From assembly GCF_009914755.1 (NCBI RefSeq), contig NC_060928.1: DNA of 64,000 nucleotides. One strand, written 5' to 3'. The notes under the pieces were generated by a model, which saw only the letters and a list, made by a program, of their open reading frames with translations, was not told the DNA's origin and did no database searches. A program made the position numbers and the translations under genes. Position 1 is the stretch's first letter; the number at the start of each line of letters is the position of its first letter. This DNA is from the human T2T-CHM13v2.0 reference genome, Homo sapiens. Below are positions 26,150 through 37,059 of the stretch, piece after piece.

Positions 26150-29100
26150 GCAATTAATGGATTCTGAATATTTATTAAGAACTTTAAATTTAATGCAAAG
26201 ATTGTTAAATACCACCAGCTCAGCTCTGGCAAAGAACTGTTGGCTTTGTTTATCTCCATCATCATCCAAATACATTGCCATCCCAATTCCAACCTGATTT
26301 TCGTCCCTTGAAAAAAAAATGACCTACAATGACAGGATGAACAGCAAACCTTCTCCAGTCCTACCAGAGCACCTTTCTGGGGTTGCATCCCCAAAGAAAC
26401 CCATTTCGGGCCCAATATCAACATTTACAGAGCTAAAATTCCAGGTGCTACTTTGTATTAAGGGAAGCTAAAATTCTGTTTATGTCCTGGGAAGCTTGAA
26501 AAGTCATCAATGTATCTCTACACCTTAGAGATGTAAGCTATGCAGTTACCCAAACTGCGTCATTTAGAAAACCTATACATTTTTCATGGAAACCATCCCT
26601 AGATAAGGGCACTGTAAGGAAGACACAGTCTAAGTACTGTCAAGGTAGGCCCACTAGCTGTGTTCACATTTTCCCTTGGCCACCTGATATGGTTTGACTC
26701 TGTGTCCACACCCAAAACCCATCTTGAATTGTACTCCCATAATTCCCACATATTGTGGGAGGGACCCAGTGGGAGATAATTTGAATCATGGGGGCAGTTA
26801 CCCCCATACTGTTCTCATGGTAGTGAATAAATTTCATGAGATCTGATGGGTTTATCAGGGGTTTCCACTATTGCATCTTCTCATTTTACCCTTGCCTCTG
26901 CCATGTAAGAAGTTCCTTTCACCTCCTGCCATGATTCTGAGGCCACCCCAGCCATGTGGAACTGTAAGTCCATTACACCTCTTTTTCTTCCCAGTCTCAG
27001 GTATGTCTTTATCAGCAACATGAAAGTAGACTAATGCAGTAAATTGGTATCAGAAGAGTGGGGTGTTGCTGAAAAGATATCCAAAAATGTGGAGTGACTT
27101 TGGAACTAGGTAAAAGGCAGAGGTTGAAACAGTTTGGAGGACTCAGAACAAGACAGGAAAATGTGGGAAAGTTTGGAACCTCCTAGAGATTTGCTGAAGG
27201 GCTTTGAAAAAATGCTGGCAGTGATATGAACAGTAAGGTCCAGGCTGAGGTCATCCCAGATGGAGATGAGGAACTTGTTGGGAACTGGAGCAAAGGTGAC
27301 TCTTGTTACGTTTTAGCAAAGAGACTGGCAGGATTTTGCCCCTGCCCTAGAGATTTGTGGAACTTTGAAGTTGAGAGAGATGAATTAGGGTGACTGGCAG
27401 AAGAAATTTCTAAGCAGCAAAGTGTTCAAGAAGTGACTTGAATGCTGTTAAAAGCATTCCATTTTAAAAGGGAAACAGAGCATAAAAGTTCAGAAAATTT
27501 GCAGCCTGATGGTGCAGAAGAAAAGAAAAACTCATTTTTTTGAGGAGAAATTCAGGGTGGCTGCAGAAATTTGCATAAGTAACAAGGAGCTGAATGTTAA
27601 TCCCCAAGACAATGGAGAAAATGTCTCCAGGGCATGTCATAGGTCTTCCAGGCAGCCCCTCTCATCACAGACCCAGAAGCCTAGGAGGAAAAAGTGGTTT
27701 CCTGGGCCAGGCCCAGAGTCCCCATGCTATGTGCAGCCTAGGAACTTGGTGCCCAGTGTCCCAGCTGCTCCAGCCATTGCTAAAAGGCACCAAGATACAG
27801 CTTTGGCCTATGGTTTCAGACGGTGCAAGCCCCAAACCTTGGCAGCTTCCACTTGATGTTGAGCCTGCAGGTACAGGGAAGTCAAGAATTGAAGTTTGGG
27901 AACCTCTACCTAGATTTTTAGAAGACGTGTGGAAACACCTGGATGCCCAGGCAAAAGTTTGCTGCAGGGGCGAGGCTCTCATGGAGAACCTCCGCTAGGG
28001 CAATGCAGAAGGGAAATGTGGGGTTGGAACCCCCACACAGAGTCCCTACTGGGGCATCACCTAGTGTAGGTGTGAGAAGAGGTCCACCGTCCTCCAGACC
28101 CCAGAATGATAGATGCACCAATAGCTTGCACTGTGCACCTGGAAAAGCTGCAGACACTCAATGTAAGCCTGTGAAAGCAGCCAGGAGGGGGTTATACCCT
28201 GCAAAGCCACAGGAGTGGAACTGCCCAAGACCATGGGAACCTACCTCTTGCATCAGTGTGACCTGGACGTGAGACACGGAGTCAAAGGAGATCATTTGAC
28301 TCCCCTGCTGCATTTCAGACTTGCATGGGCCCTCTAACCCCTTTGTTTTGGCCAATTTCTCCCATTTGGAATAGCTGTATTACCCAATACCTGTACCTCC
28401 ATTGTATCTAGGAAATAACTAGCTTGATTTTGATCTTACAGGCTCATAGGTGGAAGGGACTTGTCTTGTCTCAGATGATACTTTTGACTGTGGGCTTTTG
28501 GGTTAATGCTGAAATGAATTAAGACTTTGGGGGATTGTTGGGAAAGCATGATTGGTTTTGAAATGTGAGGACATGAGATTTGGAGGGGCCAGGGGTGGAA
28601 GGGTGGAATGATATGATTTGGCTCAGTATACCCATCCAAATTCCATCTTGAACTCCCATAATTCCCACATATTGTGGGAGGGACCTGGTGGGAGATAATT
28701 TGAATCATGGAGGTGGTTTCCCCCATATTCTTCTCGAGGTACTGAATAAGTCTCACAAGATCAGATGGTTTTATCAGGGGTTTCTACTTTTGCATCTTCC
28801 TCATTTTCTTTTGTCTCTGCCATGTAAGAAGTGCCTTTCACCTCCTGCCATGATTCTGAGGCCTCCCCAGCCATGTGGAGTATGTGGAATTTTAAGTCCA
28901 ATTAAACCTCTTTTTCTTCCCAGTCTCGGTTATGTTTTTATCAACAGCATGAAAATGGACTAATACACCACCTTAGCAGGGAACTTAACCACTCAGAAAA
29001 GTGCAAACAACATTCTAACCCACATGTTCACCATAGAGAAATTTTTTGGCTTGAAAAATAAGTAGCATTTTTTCTCTGTGTAACTAGTTCCTGTGTAGTT

Positions 29101-29800
29101 TTGCAGTCAATTGGACTGGAACCTGTACATGTGTTTATTTAGCCCCCGAAATCAATATAGCTGCCAATAACCAATCTCTCATTATACCTTTAACTTCAAC
29201 CACCAGACACAAATGAGCCATCCAACTCATACCGCTTTTGGTAGGGCTAGGAATAACAGCAGGAGTAGGAATGGGAGTTAGTGGACTTGCAACTTCCCTA
29301 TCCTATTATCAGTGCATGTCCAAGGATTTTTATGGAAAGCTAGGATGACATTGTCCAAAGTATTGTTACTTAAAAAAATCAAAGAGACTCCTTGGCAGCC
29401 GTCACTTTGACAAATAGAAGGGGACTGGATCTCCTAACTGCTGAAAAAGTTGGCTTATGTCTTTTTCTAGAGGAATAATGCTGTTTTTGTGTCAACTAAT
29501 CAGGATGAGCAAGAGATGCCACCCAAAAAGTAGCCGATTGGGTCTCTAAGATATGACAACAGCTGTCCAAGTCATGGGGCTCATGGTCAAAAATGCTAAC
29601 TTGGGGTTCGTGGCTCCTTCCGTTGGCCAGCCCATCATTAATTATTACACTTGCCTTGGTTTTGGACCATGTTTGTTAACTCTTTTAACCAAATTCATTT
29701 CCTCTCATCTAGAGACAATCAAACTTCAGATAATCATGCAACAAGGTTTCCAGCCAGTTCCAGGTGTAGACACCACTCCCAGCCATCAAGAAACTACCGT
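26150..29800 (+). pseudogene. env: ERV env remnant (SU split by THE1A; TM recognisable)
   Basis: SU CWLC at 26238-26249; cleavage site RHK* (29205-29216); fusion peptide AIQLIPLLVGLGITAGVGMGVSGL; ISD-like [21 protein letters not shown]; CX6CC CLFLEE*CC; TM anchor GFGPCLL.LLTKFISS. Confidence 0.9.
26685..28967 (+). mobile_element. Full-length THE1A element (LTR 26685-27038, internal 27039-28608, LTR 28609-28967)
   Basis: Two TGATATG...CA LTRs with THE1A-type atcaggggtttc and tttttcttcccagtctc; ~1.57-kb MaLR internal region; PPT; perfect 5-bp TSD CCACC at 26680-26684 and 28968-28972. Confidence 0.95.
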
Positions 29801-29934
29801 CAAGGCAAGGGTTCTGTGATCCTCAATAGGTATGGACCGTGCCACAAGTCAGCATAAAGTAGTTACAGAAGAAAGACTGTTGGTCCCTCTGCCTCCCATA
29901 AAGATTTATGGGAATCACATCTCTCTGGGGGAAA

Positions 29935-30506
29935 TGAGGCAGGAGAATAGGTTGTGGAGGCAGGGAACCTAAGGCCAATTCACACTGACTTCCTAGAACT
30001 AAATAAAAAAAAAAACCCAATTTTCCATGCCCAAGTAACAAAAGAACAGAAGCTGCTCCCTTTGCAACTAACCCCGCTGACCCCCCATTTCTGCATTGCA
30101 GATAAAAAAAGAAAGTACCTCTAATTGGTCCCCTCCCACAACCAATCAGACTGGTGGCAGGCCAAGTCTTCATGTATAACTTTGTAATTTCAATTCAGCC
30201 TTTGATTTATTGCCTCCCACAGCCAATCAGACTGGTTGCAAGCTACTACTTCATTTACATATGGTATAAGCCACATAACTAATGGGAAACCTCCAGTGGG
30301 TATTTAAACCCCAGAAAATTCTGTAACCAGTGCTCTTGAGCCATTTGCTCAAGCCTGCTTCCACTTTGTGGAGTGCACTTTTGTTTCAATCCATCTGTGC
30401 TGTCCTTGCTTCATTCTTTAATGCTTTATTTGTGCATTTTGTCCAGTTTTTTATTCAAAACACCAAAAACCTGGACAACTCGTAGCCAAAACCCTCCACG
30501 GTAACA
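29935..30506 (+). mobile_element. 3' LTR, MER51-type
   Basis: tgaggcaggagaatagg...ggtaaca; direct repeat of 22810-23366; preceded by gggggaaa PPT. Confidence 0.9.
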
Positions 30507-31574
30507 AAGGTACCATTATGTATCAAAAACGTTAGTACAAATCAGAAATCTACATAGCCCAAACTATCAATAATCACATTTCTAAGTGAACAGTTAATAT
30601 AGATTTTATAGCTATATATGCTCTAGTCATGACAGTTACATTTATTCATTTCAGATGATAGATTTGCAGCTCAGTATTCAAAGAGTTTATCAGCACTATT
30701 TTTTTATTTATTTACCATCTTAGGGCATAAAATATAAAATAGATAAGGGTGAAATAACAGGCACTTGTTGAAAAGTGACAATTGTTCTATTTCCAGAGTT
30801 TAAGAAAACACGTAAACATTAAAAAATATGTCTGAAAAATATGCAAAATATATTACTATAGAGTAAATACAGGTTGGAAAATTAGCTTCATATTCTTAAT
30901 ACTCACTAAAAATATTGTCCTTTTGTTTTGACTCAGAGAAATTTAATTATTGAATATTTCCTGAGGAAGGGGTGTTTATTCTCTGAATATGTTTCACTGA
31001 ATATGTTTCACTGAAATATACTAAAACTGCTTTACTTTTCTAAACAGGTGTGTATTAATAAATGTGTCTGTGGGTGCATACTACTTTTTATATGTAGCCC
31101 ATGATTCACTTTTATGTAAATCTTAGAGAGCTAAGAAATCTACAGAGCTTTTTCTGAGACTAGATTTGCATAAATATTCCCCTTGCCAATGATTATAGTG
31201 CTCAAACTATCTGGATTTTATGGATTAGTTCAAATAAATTGTGATCCTATTTTAGTAAAAAAAGTTTAAAGTGTATGACTAGGTGAGGTTTAAACATGTA
31301 CACTTACACACACAAATTTTTTATGTATTTACTTGATGGGATCATAGATCATTACAACCTTGTATAGAGAGTTAATTGGTTTATAAAGTCTCAGATCTCA
31401 GATCTCAGATCCCTAGAAATACAAGTAGTCTGTCAAGGAGACTTAAAATGATCATCCACAAAAAAAATGACGGGTTATTTTTTCAACATGACAGTTGTTA
31501 CACACCAACACAATGTAGATGACTATATTCTTGGCCACTTTGTAAATTATACCAAGATGAATTGTTTGTTAGTT

Positions 31575-32560
31575 GTATAATCATTCATTAAACTAACAGC
31601 TTTTAAATCCTACCTATGAGATAAGCCCTCTTTTAGGTGATGTTATTACAAAGGTAAAGACATAGTTCTCACTGTAGGATGTTCTCCACCTCCTAGAGAT
31701 GTATGTATAAATACACTTGCAATTCTTTTTGGTGAGTGCTATAATAGAGGGATCTGAAGGATACAATACTGCACAAGGTAGAATGTGCTTAATTTTGCTT
31801 GAGGGGTGAGAGAATGTGAAAATCTGTCACAGAAAAGGGATGCTTCATCTAAATATGTAAAGAAAACATTGAACACTTATTAGAGACTAAAAGGATGGAG
31901 ATGTTGGGGAGGACTTTCATGACAAAATGAGCAACATTTCCATGTATATGGAGTTCCATTGTGGCATGAAAGATATGAGAAACCCAAATATACTTTGGAT
32001 TACTTTTATGTGATTTGCCAAATTTGGAGAAAGAGTGTAAGATTTGAGATACATATGGGGACTAGATTACCAAGAATCTTATATACTTAGTTTAAAGAGT
32101 TTAGGTGATATCCATTAGATGTTGGATGTGAACACAATGTTTTAGTTATGTAAATGTTAGGAGATTCAAGGGTTTTACCACAAGCACGATGCCATACCTA
32201 CACTTTAGAAAAGTTATTCCAGCCACAATTTGCAAGATTTAATAGAAGGGATGAAATGTAGGCAAGAAGATAAGTTAGGATACCATTATAATAAGTCAAG
32301 TAATCTGAACAGGGCACTAATAGTGGAAGTCAATATGAGAGTCAAGTCTAGACATATTTAGGTGGTAGCACCTATAGATCTTGGTGTTCAGTTCAAGCCC
32401 TGGCTTCTTGATTATTTTTACCCTCTCATTTTTCTCAGTTTAACTTTTAGACTGAGAAGGTGGTGGGACACTAACTAGTAGGGAGAAGCAGAGAAAAAGG
32501 CATTTGAAGGGCATATGGATATTTTAAGATTGAATTTATATTTCAATGTCACAACATATT
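31575..32560 (-). mobile_element. Decayed LINE-2
   Basis: tcattcatt start, gagtgctataatagagg, gttaggataccattataataag: typical L2 reverse-strand remnants; boundaries approximate. Confidence 0.55.
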
Positions 32561-32734
32561 TCACTGTCCAATTTGCAGGTTAACATACTGTTTAGTATTT
32601 GAGGTGAATACAATGTGGACAAAAAATCATAAGAAATTGGCATGTTTTACACATTGTTCCAGAAGCAGGAGGACCATAGAAATTCTGAGTTGTATTTTCA
32701 ATTTTTTAATATCTCTCTCACTATACCTTTTTTC

Positions 32735-33420
32735 TATTACTTCCACATACAATCATTTAACTTAGTCCTTTTGATTTCACCTTCCAAACATTTCTCAAAT
32801 TTACCCTCCCATGTCTACTATAATGTTAACACCCTTGTTCAGATTCTTAAAATAGCTAGGTTTAACTTTTATAATTATCTGATTATAGTAGTTTATCCTC
32901 ATTAAGATTTTCTGCTCCAATCTATTGTTCATAATAACTTGACCACATGATTTGTTTAAAATGAAAATAACAATAGTAGTCACAGCTTAAAAATCTTCTG
33001 TGTTACACAATACCCTTCAAAGGTCTAGAACCAACAAAAATACCAGCTGCATTTTAAGTCTCAGCCTTATACTTTACACTGGTTGTACAAATGCTTGGCC
33101 TTCTCTTATACCTTTCTGCTTCACATTTTCATGCCTTTGTATCTGCTTTTTATTCTGTTTTAAAAACATTTCACACCCTGACTGACAAATTCTGCCCATC
33201 CTTAAAGAATTGGCTTAGACAATATCTCCCACAAAAAGTACTTCCTCATGTTTCCACTATCCAAAGGCTATGTACCACGGCTTATAAAAACACCTTGTAC
33301 ATACTTCTGTCATGCTGCTCAATTACCTCCCTCCCTCACCAGAGTTTACTTCTTATTCCATGGGGTTACGTATTATATATATTTTATCACCCTAGGACCA
33401 ATAAATGTTTGCTGACTGAT
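32735..33420 (+). mobile_element. Decayed LINE-2 3' part
   Basis: ccacatacaatc...ttccaaacatttctcaaatt... ending caataaatgtttgctgactga (L2-type 3' terminus). Confidence 0.6.
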
Positions 33421-34489
33421 TTTTTATAGGCAGTAATATTTATGAGACAGGCTGGTCAGTGCAGAACTAGAGAATCTGACAAACGAGACCGAAAATTATA
33501 AGTCAGAAATGTACGAGACTGCTACCAAAAACATGATAAAGTGAAGATGAAAATAATTGTCCTATATACCTCATAAAATGTAGAATTAGAAAATAGATGC
33601 ATTTCGTGAGTGCATAAAATACACATAATATTTCATACTGAATAGCATTAACTGTTAACTCTCCTGGGCATGGAAGTTGTCTGACTTCCTACCTCGATCC
33701 TGAAGCTTTCTTCAGCTGACATTATACTTAGCCAGAGAGAAAACTAATGGTAAGGCCAGGCCATAAGAAGCTCAAATTCTCCTGGAGGAATCTACACCAT
33801 TTTTCAGCCCCTTTGGCACTGCCCAAGGCACTAGCTTCATGGGCTTTAGCACCAGTGGAATGACATAATTTTAACTGGGTTAAAATACACATCCAAATTC
33901 ACATAATTTGTATTTTGTTTGTTTATATATCCATAAGGGCATATTTAGTTAATAATAACCATGTCAGCATTTTATACTACTCTATTGAGCAGCAAAGCCA
34001 CAAAGGCCATGATAATTGGGCTAATAACACAGTGAGTCAAAGGGAAAAATGAAAATAAAGTATCTTAAAATAGAAAAGGGCAAATCACAAGTTAAGTTTT
34101 ATATTTTATCAAATTAAAATTCTAGTTTATACTAGAAATATTGTTTTTTAATCTAGATTCTCAATTTTCTCAAAAAATAGTTTTAAAGTTTTGTTAGTAA
34201 AGTTACAAAAAAGGTCAGTTGATTAAAATTTTTAACAATTTTTATAATTTTAGTCCTAATATTATATTATCCAAAAGTATAGTTATTAATTATCTTGCAA
34301 AATACTATTGGTGTCATGAGATTATATCTTGACAAGGATAATTAGCCCTATCACTGAAAGTTCACTGCATTGAAACATAAATGAAAATATAGGCAAAATG
34401 AGTTAGCATTATGTTTCTGAGTGTAATTGTACATAATATTTCACTAGCTGTCGTATCTCTGATAATTTACATGGAGAAAAATGGTCAAA

Positions 34490-34675
34490 CATTTAAAAAT
34501 GTTTATTGTTGTTGATTATATTTATTTTTATAATGATAAAATATAGAAACAATTGAAATGCTCATTAGGAATGATCATTTTGGTTAATTCACATAATGAA
34601 ATACTACTGGTCACTAAAGCAGATAAATCAAACCTATATCTATTGTGCTAAAATATGTCTATAACTCATATTGTT
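34490..34675 (+). mobile_element. Old L1M(E) ORF2 3' end fragment
   Basis: aatgtttattg...tagaaacaattgaaatgctca...attcacataatgaaatactact pattern; highly diverged. Confidence 0.45.
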
Positions 34676-36659
34676 AGATGTGTTGATGTTCTCCCCAAAT
34701 CCCCTTTATCTATGGTGCACCTTCCCCACTATGGTCACTTGAAAACATGATCGTGGTACTTGCAAGCTAATCCAGAATTTCCTCTCATCTCCTGACCTAT
34801 TTCAACTTTCCAATGACATGGAGCCTAAAGTAGCAAATAATAAAGACTGATATATTTGGATCTTCAGGTTTACATGTATCTCTAGATCTCCAGGTGGAAT
34901 AAGAATAATTCTGAGCCCTATATCTTCCTATTTTTTTTTGGTAGTCATTCTATATAAGATTGTACAAAGTTTCACATTATAGTATCTGATGAGGGTGGTG
35001 AAATCCAAATTATCTAGTCATTTATTTGCATGAGGTAATTCATTATAGGACTAGAATTTGCTGAGGAGAAACCTGCATTTAGTACCTGGAATTCATGAGA
35101 ATGAAAACCAAAACCAAAAACAAACATGTGCAACCATGGCATTTATCCCCAGTTCAATTGTAATTACTAGCACTAAGCTTTGCAGACAAAAGAGTGATGA
35201 CAGTTTAAATGATTGGAGATGGAGAGGGAAGAGGGGAAGGAACATAGCCCAGACTTTGAGTGATGAGTTTTGCTTCAGAGTGTAGGTGATGGTGTGGTAC
35301 AAAGTAAAGAAGAAATAATTCTCCCGATTTCTGTAAACTGATGAATGCCATTTCATTTGGTCATTTGGTATCTCACACACCTGCAACTTTGGGGAACATC
35401 AGAAAACAAAACCTAAGCAGAGAATTCACACTCTCATTTCTGACATTGGGAAGTGCATGAGATGAGTGATGGTGAAATCACATGGAGATCACTAAATTTC
35501 CCAAAATCTTTTAAGGGAGATCTAGAGGTCTGCCGGAACACAAAAGAAAGAATGAATCAGAGGGATCCAATATGTTCCAGTTAATGAGACTTCTACTTGC
35601 ACCATAGATACAAGGCCTGGGGAAAGTCAGTTAAATGTTGTCTATCTGCCTTTACTTTATGGACAATTAAAGGGCTTTTGTTAAATCCCCAGGACTTAGC
35701 ACCATACCTACCACGCAATATGTGTGCTGCAAATTTTCACTGAATTGACTTGTGAGCATTGGTGCATTAGAGGCCAAGATTATTGTAGCTCAGAATCTTT
35801 ATGTTTGGATCTCTGTAATGGTGGGAGATACATGGATAATGAGAGGTAGGCAAAATAAATAAGCCACTTTTTTTCTCCGTGATTATTCATTGCCCTTTTC
35901 ATCCTCTCTATTCCTTTTATTTTCTCCTGTGAGTTTGAAAGGGATGCTATAGCAAAGGCCCATGATTCTAACATACAAGATGACCTTGCAGTAAGTTTGA
36001 GAGAGACATTAAGATATTTGTCCTGAATTCTTATTTAAAAAATTCTTTTCTAAAAAATTCTTTTCCTTGAAATAAGCATGTAGAATTATTCAGATTGTTG
36101 TTTAAATCATATCTCTGCCCCTTACTAGTTTAAAGCTTATTGTTTAATGGTGGGGTTTGAAGAATTTCTCACTTCCCTTTCCAAGTTTAAAACCAATTGG
36201 GAGTAAATGATGTAGCTGATGTTGAAGAACATTGTTTCACAGATTGGTGATGATTTGACTCCTAATATTGCATCCTTGAAATAGGTATATTTATCTAGTT
36301 GCTCACTATCATTGGCCTCCCATGGGATGCTGCCTTGTAAAATTTAAGGCAAGGAGAAGCAGAGGAAAAGTGTGTGCTGTCTTCAGTGAGGACCCTGGCA
36401 AGAATGGTTTATTTATCTGCCTTTATCTATCTGACAAGAAAGATTCCAATACTTTTTCAAAATTATGCCATCTTGAGAAGTTATTTTTCTCCCTTGAGAG
36501 AATTTGAAAGTGAGTGGGTAAGTCAAGAGTTTTTAAGGAAATTTCCTCCTCATGGAAAACAGAAGAGTAGGGGATAACCATCTGTCTCTAATGCTTTGGC
36601 AATATTTTGGTTCTTCAGTTTAATAACGATGTCATAAGTCATTGTTTGTGTTCTAAGTT

Positions 36660-37041
36660 ATGTTCCATGATCTGCTCTCTGCGAACTGGAGACCCAAGAA
36701 AGATGGTGTAATTCAGTCTGATTCAGAAGACCTGAGAATAAGGGAAGCCAATGATAGAAATACCAGCGTGAGGGAAAAAAATGAGATGAGATGTCTAGGC
36801 TTAAGCGGTAAAACAGAGAAAAAAGGGGGTAAATTCCCCCTTCCTCTGCCTTTTGTTCTTTTCAGATCCTCAGCAAATTGGATGATGCCTTTCCTCATTA
36901 GAGAAGGCAATCTACTTTCTTTAGTCCACTGATTCAAATCCTAATATCATCCAGAAAAACAGTCACCAACTCTCTCAGAATTAATGTTTAATCTTGGCAC
37001 CCCATGACCCATGAGATTGATCCATCAAATTCACCATCACA
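36660..37041 (-). mobile_element. MLT2C-like LTR (ERVL), partial
   Basis: atctgctctctgcgaactggagaccc...ttggatgatgcc...ccactgattcaaatcctaat...aaattcaccatcaca is the reverse complement of an MLT2 LTR 5' part. Confidence 0.82.
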
Positions 37042-37059
37042 GTAAAAAAAAAAAAAAGA

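Larger units (their letters stand above)
22810..30506 (+). mobile_element. Two-LTR ERV1 provirus with MER51-type LTRs, internally deleted (no PR/RT/RNase H seen), carrying a THE1A insertion
   Basis: Direct-repeat LTRs at both ends, PBS, gag start, integrase, env SU/TM and short PPT in retroviral order; flanks aaag / aagg (imperfect 4-bp TSD). Confidence 0.9.

Noticed and set aside
27509-28355. Cluster of 65-134 aa ORFs on both strands
   Set aside because: All lie within the THE1A internal region; fragments of the decayed MaLR ORF or chance frames, not a host gene.
29205-29800. Possible co-opted syncytin-like env
   Set aside because: Stops at the cleavage site and in CX6CC, further stops and a THE1A insertion in SU rule out an intact protein.
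30983-31015. 14-bp tandem duplication (also (tctcaga)3 near 31390 and the 19-bp duplication at 24529-24563)
   Set aside because: Ordinary slippage-type micro-duplications.
31575-33420. Oppositely oriented L2 pair as a miR-28-type hairpin source
   Set aside because: The copies are head-to-head, highly diverged, and their 3' ends are far apart; known L2-derived miRNAs come from adjacent 3' ends.
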